The notes under the pieces: model-generated
Databases searched by the model: none
Told to the model about the DNA's origin: nothing
The model's input: only the letters and a program-made list of their open reading frames with translations
Part shown: positions 28,704-34,854 of the stretch, in pieces
How positions within the stretch are numbered: the first letter of the stretch is position 1
Layout of the letters: the number at the start of each line of letters is the position of its first letter
Sequence record: SRR31156797_4747
Direction: 5' to 3' (one strand)
DNA: 34,854 nt
Position numbers and translations under genes: made by a program

Positions 28704-28727
28704 TTATACTCAAGTAACTTCAGTATA

Positions 28728-29720
28728 TTAAGCTTCTACATGTAAACAAGATACTGCGTGAACATCGTTGCCTTTGATTTGTGGTTTCGTTTGCGCACAA
28801 GCGTCTGTTGCTTGAGGACAACGAGTACGGAAAACACAACCAGAAGGCGGACTAATTGGAGAAGGTAAATCACCTTCAAGCATTTGAATCGTCTTAGCAC
28901 GCTCCAACTTAGGATCGGGAATTGGAACCGCCGACATCAGAGCTTTGGTGTACGGGTGCTTAGGATCTGCAAACAGCGCGTCCGCTTCACCGAGTTCAAC
29001 CGCATTACCTAAGTACATCACTAAAACACGATCTGAAATGTGCTTAACAACCGATAAGTCGTGCGCGATAAATACTAAGCTCAAGCCCAGCTCTTTTTGC
29101 AGTTCTTGAAGCAGGTTAACCACCTGTGCCTGAATCGAAACGTCTAGCGCAGATACAGGCTCATCACAGATGATCATCTTAGGCTTCAAAATCAGAGCGC
29201 GAGCGATACCAATACGCTGACACTGACCACCAGAGAACTCGTGCGGGTAACGGTTAATCACGTTAGGCAGCAGACCTACCTTCGCCATCATCTCTTTAAC
29301 ACGATCTTTCACTTCCTGTTTAGAAAGCTCAGGATAGAAGGTTTGAAGAGGTTCAGCGATGATGTCACCGACTGTCATTCGCGGGTTAAGCGAAGCTAGC
29401 GGATCCTGGAAAATCATCTGAATTTCTTTGCGAGTTTCGCGACGTTTTACTTCCTGCATACGCGTCAGGTCTTGACCCAACCATACAACTTCACCATCTG
29501 TTGCTTGTACTAATCCAATAATTGCACGAGCAAATGTTGATTTACCACAGCCAGATTCACCCACAACGCCAAGGGTCTCACCTTCGTATAAACGAACGTT
29601 CACACCATCAACCGCTTTCAGCTTAGAAGGCTTGCTCCATGGCCATGCCGACTTAGATGCAATGTCAAAGTGTACTTTTAGCTCTTTAACATCTAACAAT
29701 AGCTTTTTATCTATACTCAT
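28728..29720 (-). CDS. oppF: Oligopeptide ABC transporter ATP-binding protein
   Basis: GESGCGKST, FSGGQCQR, CDEPVSALD, PSGCVFRTRC. Start moved to ATG 29720 (ATGA overlap with the oppD stop). Confidence 0.96.
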   Translation of the reverse strand: MSIDKKLLLDVKELKVHFDIASKSAWPWSKPSKLKAVDGVNVRLYEGETLGVVGESGCGKSTFARAIIGLVQATDGEVVWLGQDLTRMQEVKRRETRKEIQMIFQDPLASLNPRMTVGDIIAEPLQTFYPELSKQEVKDRVKEMMAKVGLLPNVINRYPHEFSGGQCQRIGIARALILKPKMIICDEPVSALDVSIQAQVVNLLQELQKELGLSLVFIAHDLSVVKHISDRVLVMYLGNAVELGEADALFADPKHPYTKALMSAVPIPDPKLERAKTIQMLEGDLPSPISPPSGCVFRTRCPQATDACAQTKPQIKGNDVHAVSCLHVEA

Positions 29721-30688
29721 TTCTTCCAAGCCTCCCAATCAGAAAAACATGCACGCTGGCGATCAGTACCAAACGGAGTAAGGATCGGAGCTTCACGCTT
29801 ACAACGGTCCATTACGCGATGACAACGCTCTTGATAAGGACAGCCCGGAGGCAAACGAAGTAAGTTAGGTGGGTTACCTGGGATCGTCGGTAGGACTTCT
29901 CCCTCAGTATCCAAACGTGGAATCGCTTTTAGCAGACCTTCCGCGTATGGGTGGCTTGGTTCATAGAAGATTTCATCTACTGTGCCGTACTCCATTGTAC
30001 GACCAGCATACATAACCAGTACTTTGTCACATGAACCCGCAACCACACCAAGGTCGTGGGTGATCATGATGATTGCTGTATTAAACTCAGATTTCAGTTC
30101 GTTAAGAAGATCCATGATCTGTGCCTGAACCGTTACGTCCAATGCCGTAGTTGGTTCGTCAGCAATCAGCAGTTTTGGACGACACAACAGTGCCATTGCA
30201 ATCATTACACGCTGACGCATACCGCCTGAGAACTCGTGCGGGTACATAGTAATACGTTTGCGAGCCTCTGGAATTTTAACCGCTTCAAGCATGCGTACAG
30301 ACTCTTCAAACGCTTCCGCTTTACCCATGCCTTTATGCAGCATTAACACTTCCATTAGCTGATCGCTAACTTTCATGTATGGGTTAAGCGACGTCATTGG
30401 ATCCTGGAAAATCATCGCAATCTGTTCAGCGCGAACTTTATTCAGTTCTTTTTCTGGAAGGTTAAGGATCTCTTTCCCTTCAAATTTTGCGCTACCAGAA
30501 ATGATACCGTTTTTCGCTAGTAGGCCCATGATAGAGAATACAGTTTGAGATTTACCCGAACCGGACTCACCAACGATACCCAGTGTCTCACCTTGATTCA
30601 GTGAGAAGTTTAAATCGTTTACTGCGGTAACAATCCCATCTTGGGTTGTGAATTCTACGCGCAGGTCTTTGACATCTAATAAAGCCAT
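29717..30688 (-). CDS. oppD: Oligopeptide ABC transporter ATP-binding protein
   Basis: GESGSGKSQ, FSGGMRQR, ADEPTTALD, GCPYQERC. Confidence 0.96.
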   Translation of the reverse strand: MALLDVKDLRVEFTTQDGIVTAVNDLNFSLNQGETLGIVGESGSGKSQTVFSIMGLLAKNGIISGSAKFEGKEILNLPEKELNKVRAEQIAMIFQDPMTSLNPYMKVSDQLMEVLMLHKGMGKAEAFEESVRMLEAVKIPEARKRITMYPHEFSGGMRQRVMIAMALLCRPKLLIADEPTTALDVTVQAQIMDLLNELKSEFNTAIIMITHDLGVVAGSCDKVLVMYAGRTMEYGTVDEIFYEPSHPYAEGLLKAIPRLDTEGEVLPTIPGNPPNLLRLPPGCPYQERCHRVMDRCKREAPILTPFGTDRQRACFSDWEAWKK

Positions 30689-30705
30689 TACTACTTCCTC
30701 AATTC

Positions 30706-31608
30706 TTATCTGTCTTTTGGATCTAGCGCGTCACGGAGACCGTCACCCACATAGTTAAAGCAGAACAGTGTGACCACCATGAACGCCGCAGGGAAGCCAA
30801 GCTGCCAAATTGCGATTTCCATTGTGTTTGCACCTTCTTGCAATAGTGCTCCCCAGCTTGTCATAGGCTCTTGAACACCTAAGCCAAGGAAAGATAAGAA
30901 TGACTCAGTAAGAATCATACTTGGAATAAGCAGTGTTGAGTAAACCGCAACAATACCTAATACGTTTGGAACGATGTGGCGAGTAATGATTTTCCAATTG
31001 CTCACACCACAAACATGCGCCGCTTCAATAAACTCTTTGCTACGTAGGCTTAATGTCTGGCCACGTACGATACGTGCCATATCCAGCCATGCGATGGCAC
31101 CGATAGCAACGAAGATAAGTACAATATTACGTCCAAAGAAAGTAACCAGTACGATTACAAGGAACATAAACGGTACAGCGTAAAGGATTTCCAGAATACG
31201 CATCATAATACGGTCAACACGACCGCCAATGAAGCCAGATGCTGCACCGTAAAGCGTACCAATCAGTACAGCAACAAATGCGCCCATCACACCCACCATC
31301 AGTGAGATTCGGCCACCGACCAGAGTACGGACGTAAATATCACGACCTAAGCTGTCGGTACCAAACCAGTGCTCAGCATTCGGTGCAACGTGCATTGCAT
31401 ACCAGTCAGTATCGTCATAAGTAAATGGTGCAATCATTGGCAGGAAAATAACAGCCAATGTCATCAAAGCTAAGATAACTAAACTTACCATTGCAGCTTT
31501 GTTGCGCATAAAGCGGATACGAGCGTCTTGCCACAGGCTACGACCCTCGATTTCAAGATTTTCGGAAAACTTTTCAATCGCTTCCAGATTTTCTTTTTTC
31601 GTCAACAT
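30706..31608 (-). CDS. oppC: Oligopeptide ABC transporter permease
   Basis: HWFGTDSLGRD, EFIEAA EAA loop, FLSFLGLG, GDGLRDALDP. Confidence 0.96.
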   Translation of the reverse strand: MLTKKENLEAIEKFSENLEIEGRSLWQDARIRFMRNKAAMVSLVILALMTLAVIFLPMIAPFTYDDTDWYAMHVAPNAEHWFGTDSLGRDIYVRTLVGGRISLMVGVMGAFVAVLIGTLYGAASGFIGGRVDRIMMRILEILYAVPFMFLVIVLVTFFGRNIVLIFVAIGAIAWLDMARIVRGQTLSLRSKEFIEAAHVCGVSNWKIITRHIVPNVLGIVAVYSTLLIPSMILTESFLSFLGLGVQEPMTSWGALLQEGANTMEIAIWQLGFPAAFMVVTLFCFNYVGDGLRDALDPKDR

Positions 31609-31620
31609 AGTAATACTTCC

Positions 31621-32541
31621 TTAGTAACGAATTTTCGGGTCAATCGCTGCCAACAAAATATCTACAATTGCGTTGAACAGGATGAATAGGAAACCAATCA
31701 AAATGGTCACACCCATTACCAATGAATAGTCACGGTTAAATGCAGCGTTTACGAACAGTTTACCAATGCCTGGTAGACCGAATATCGTTTCGATAACAAC
31801 CGAGCCAGTGATAATACCGACGAATGCTGGGCCCATGTACGATACAACAGGTAGCATTGCTGGCTTTAACGCGTGCTTGACGACAATGTACGGATAGCTC
31901 AAACCTTTCGCTCGAGCGGTACGAATAAAGTTACTGTTTAGTGTTTCAATCATTGAGCCACGAGTGATACGGGCAAATGTTGCAACATAAAGTAAGGACA
32001 TACCCAATACAGGCAGCGCCATATACTTAAAGGAACCATCTAGCCAGCCCCCAGCAGGGAACCAACCCAGGTTGATTGAAAATACATAGATTAATACCGG
32101 TGCCAACACGAATGAAGGCATTACAACCCCAATCATTGCGGTCGCCATGATGGAATAATCAAGCCAGGTATTTTGCCTCAATGCGGCGATCGTTCCGACG
32201 AAAACGCCCATGATGACAGTAAAGATGAACGCAGCAAAACCCACCTTCGCCGATACAGGTAGTGCGGCAAAAATCAGCTCGTTTACTGAGTAATCTAAGT
32301 ACTTAAATGAAGGACCAAAGTCGCCTTGCAAAACATTAGTTAAATAAGTCGTGTATTGCTCGAACACAGGCTTATCTAGACCATATTTGGCTTCAATGTT
32401 CGCCATAACTTCTGGCGGTAGTGCACGTTCGCTAGAAAACGGGTTACCCGGTGCGAAACGCATTAGAAAGAACGATACGGTAATCAATACCAACATAGTT
32501 GGGATTGCTTCCAGTACTCGTCTAATAATGAATTTAAACAT
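31621..32541 (-). CDS. oppB: Oligopeptide ABC transporter permease
   Basis: APGNPF, GDFGPSF, FIRTARAKGL, DPKIRY. Confidence 0.96.
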   Translation of the reverse strand: MFKFIIRRVLEAIPTMLVLITVSFFLMRFAPGNPFSSERALPPEVMANIEAKYGLDKPVFEQYTTYLTNVLQGDFGPSFKYLDYSVNELIFAALPVSAKVGFAAFIFTVIMGVFVGTIAALRQNTWLDYSIMATAMIGVVMPSFVLAPVLIYVFSINLGWFPAGGWLDGSFKYMALPVLGMSLLYVATFARITRGSMIETLNSNFIRTARAKGLSYPYIVVKHALKPAMLPVVSYMGPAFVGIITGSVVIETIFGLPGIGKLFVNAAFNRDYSLVMGVTILIGFLFILFNAIVDILLAAIDPKIRY

Positions 32542-32575
32542 AAACTCACTCTTCCAGTCTGTGACAATTTAAAAC

Positions 32576-32620
32576 AAAAAAAGACTGCATGTACCATTGC
32601 AAACCTCAGGTACATGCAGT
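32576..32620 (-). terminator. oppA-oppB intercistronic terminator/stabiliser hairpin
   Basis: 12-bp perfect stem ACTGCATGTACC / GGTACATGCAGT followed by a U7 tract on the minus strand. Confidence 0.75.
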
Positions 32621-32653
32621 GTCTAGTTAATTATAGTTTTGAAACGCTTTTTA

Positions 32654-34285
32654 TTATTCAGCTTTTATGTATAAGTCTTTTGAATAAATCTTCTCTTCTG
32701 GGTTGTTAGCAGGGAAGCCACCAACTTTTGGAGAAAGTAAACGCGTTTTAACGTACTGATAGATAGGAGCAATTGGCATTTCTTTCGCCATTAGAGCTTC
32801 AGCTTCAGCGTAAAGCTTGCTACGTTCTTCTTCAGAAGTCGAGTTCAGAGCTTTATCAATGATAGCGTCGTAATCTGTGTTACCCCAGTGTTGACCACCA
32901 GTGGTGTTGTTGCTCACCATTAGCGTCAAGAACGAAGATGCTTCGTTGTAGTCACCACACCAACCGGCACGTGCAACTTCGAAATCACCTTGGTCTTTAG
33001 AAGATAGGTAAGTTTTCCACTCTTGGTTTTCTAGAGTAACGTCTAGACCCAGAGTTTTCTTCCACATAGAACCAATCGCTACAGCAACCTTTTTGTGGTT
33101 CTCTGAAGTGTTGTATAGAAGAGTAAACTTAAGTGGGTTGTCTTTACCGTAGCCCGCATCAGCAAGTAGACGAGCCGCTTCTTCGTTACGTTGTTTCTGA
33201 GTCAGTTTGCCGTAAGCTGGCATTACTGGGTTGAACCCAGAAGTGATCTCAGGTGTTAGGAAGTAAGCCGGTTTCTGACCTTGACCCATGATAGCGTCAC
33301 TGACGATGTTACGGTCAATCGCGTAAGAGATTGCTTTACGTACACGCACGTCATCAAATGGTTTTTTCTTGGTGTTGAAAGAGTAGTAGTAAGAACATAG
33401 GTTACCTACAACAGAAACAAGTTCTGGGTGCTCTTTCTTAAGACGACGGAAGTGCTCAACTGGAACTTCGTAGCTAATGTCGATCTCGCCTGCTAGGAAG
33501 CGGTTCATTTCAGCAACTTGGTTTTCAATTGGAAGGAACGTTACTTTGTTCAGTACTGTGTGTTCGTTATCCCAGTACTTCTCGTTGCGCTTAAGTACTA
33601 AACGCTCGTTAACTACCCATCTGTCGACAACGAAAGCACCGTTGCCAACGAAGTTTTCTGGTTTGGTCCATTGGTCGCCAAACTTTTCAACCGTACCTTG
33701 GTGAACTGGTTTCATCGTAGTGTGACCAGTCATCATAACGAAGTAAGGAACGGCTGTTTTTAATTCTACAACTAGTGTGTTTGCATCAAGTGCTTTAACA
33801 CCTAACTCGCTCTTGTCTTTTTTACCTGCGATGATCTCTTCTGCGTTCTTCATCTTGGTGTATTCCATGTACCAAGAGTATGGAGAAGCTGTCGCTGGAT
33901 CGACTGCACGCTGCCAGCTGTATACAAAATCTTGAGCTGTTACAGGATCGCCGTTAGACCAAGTAGCGCCTTTGCGTAGGTGGAAAGTGAAAGTTTTGTT
34001 GTCTGTTGTTTCCCAGCTCTCTGCGATACCAGGAATAGTTTTACCATTTGCATCTTGGTTAACTAAGCCTTCAAGCAGATCACGGATTACATGTGACTCT
34101 GGAACACCTTGTGACTTGTGCGGGTCGATCGTCGCAACTTCTGTACCGTTACCACGAACAATCTCTTGTACAGGTGCTAGTTTTGTACCTGCAGGAACAT
34201 CTGCTGCAAAAGTTGCAAAAGAAGCTGTTGCCGCGGCAAAGCTTGCACCTAATAGCACAGCTTGTGTGATTTTATTTTTATACAT
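32654..34285 (-). CDS. oppA: Oligopeptide ABC transporter periplasmic binding protein
   Basis: Family 5 SBP: DPHKSQGVPE, WSNGDPVTAQDF, RAGWCGDYNE; signal peptide; GGAG RBS. Confidence 0.97.
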   Translation of the reverse strand: MYKNKITQAVLLGASFAAATASFATFAADVPAGTKLAPVQEIVRGNGTEVATIDPHKSQGVPESHVIRDLLEGLVNQDANGKTIPGIAESWETTDNKTFTFHLRKGATWSNGDPVTAQDFVYSWQRAVDPATASPYSWYMEYTKMKNAEEIIAGKKDKSELGVKALDANTLVVELKTAVPYFVMMTGHTTMKPVHQGTVEKFGDQWTKPENFVGNGAFVVDRWVVNERLVLKRNEKYWDNEHTVLNKVTFLPIENQVAEMNRFLAGEIDISYEVPVEHFRRLKKEHPELVSVVGNLCSYYYSFNTKKKPFDDVRVRKAISYAIDRNIVSDAIMGQGQKPAYFLTPEITSGFNPVMPAYGKLTQKQRNEEAARLLADAGYGKDNPLKFTLLYNTSENHKKVAVAIGSMWKKTLGLDVTLENQEWKTYLSSKDQGDFEVARAGWCGDYNEASSFLTLMVSNNTTGGQHWGNTDYDAIIDKALNSTSEEERSKLYAEAEALMAKEMPIAPIYQYVKTRLLSPKVGGFPANNPEEKIYSKDLYIKAE

Positions 34286-34656
34286 TTAAATAAACTCCAA
34301 GTTTTAATTATGCATCCATGACTTCTTCGATGAAGGCTAGAACGGCTAGCCTAAAGGGGTTTGAAGAATAAATAACCACTGGTTACTCCTAACCCCCACA
34401 AAGAATGCGGCAAAACAGTAACAATCATTGAAGTAATTTGCCATAAAGATATAACAAAAACAGATTATATTCTCAGCATACAAAAATTACTGAAATAAAA
34501 AACCAATAAAAAACCACTTACCCAGAATATCCGAGGAAAGAAATCCTTTACATCAGGTTAAAATATCAATTGTTCTATTCAACACTGCATTCTCAGCATC
34601 TTGCACTAGAAAATAACAATATTTTTAACATATTGTGCATAATATCGAACAACATA

Positions 34657-34704
34657 TGTGATTATCCTCTCATGACTGCATAATCAAGTGTGAACAAGAT
34701 CACT
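34657..34704. promoter_or_regulatory. Two CRP-like boxes upstream of oppA
   Basis: TGTGA-TTATCC-TCTCA (34657-34672) and TGTGA-ACAAGA-TCACT (34689-34704), each 9/10 to TGTGA-N6-TCACA. Confidence 0.55.
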
Positions 34705-34827
34705 GAGTTGCACCAAGTTAATCCGCATTGCCCAATTACAGCTCAACTCATAATTGACCAAAAGGTTATCAACTCAATCTAGTCGTTATTATGCAATATA
34801 GCGAATAGCAACTCGGAATAAATCTCT

Positions 34828-34854
34828 AGGGTCTGTTGACCTTTTGCGATGATT
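34828..34854. mobile_element. Probable end of a Vibrio MITE/IS5-like repeat, truncated by the window edge
   Basis: CT-AGGGTCTGTTGACCTTT resembles, from memory, the terminal inverted repeat of an abundant Vibrio intergenic element inserted at (C)TA(G); only 27 nt visible. Confidence 0.5.

Noticed and set aside
34709..34728. TGCACCA NtrC half-site upstream of oppA
   Set aside because: Second half-site missing and no well-spaced sigma54 element found nearby.

Overview
Vibrio chromosomal window, mostly minus-strand genes. Right part (11.8-34.3 kb) is core genome in the order I recall for V. cholerae VC1110-VC1091: serS, rarA, lolA, SEC-C protein, dusC, cdgK-like diguanylate cyclase, aromatic-amino-acid-type ABC transporter, yfbV, ackA-pta, a FadL-family porin, yqjG-like glutathionyl-hydroquinone reductase and oppABCDF. 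Left part (1-11.6 kb) looks accessory: an assimilatory nitrate cluster (nrtA-like binding protein, ANTAR antiterminator NasT, YbiB/TrpD-like protein, SUMT, NasA) and a 1452-aa multidomain lipoprotein with a family-8 polysaccharide lyase core. The best signals are non-coding: three sigma54 promoters with NtrC-like and IHF-like sites, two ANTAR leader RNAs overlapping intrinsic terminators (one complete, one with a single canonical hairpin), an OppZ-type 3'UTR sRNA complementary to the oppB leader, and a near-perfect TrpR operator plus GcvB-like site upstream of the ABC transporter. The lyase appears to have two conserved active-site residues substituted. No CRISPR, rRNA, tRNA, phage or defence system is visible. 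Motif and family assignments are by eye and from memory; no searches were run.
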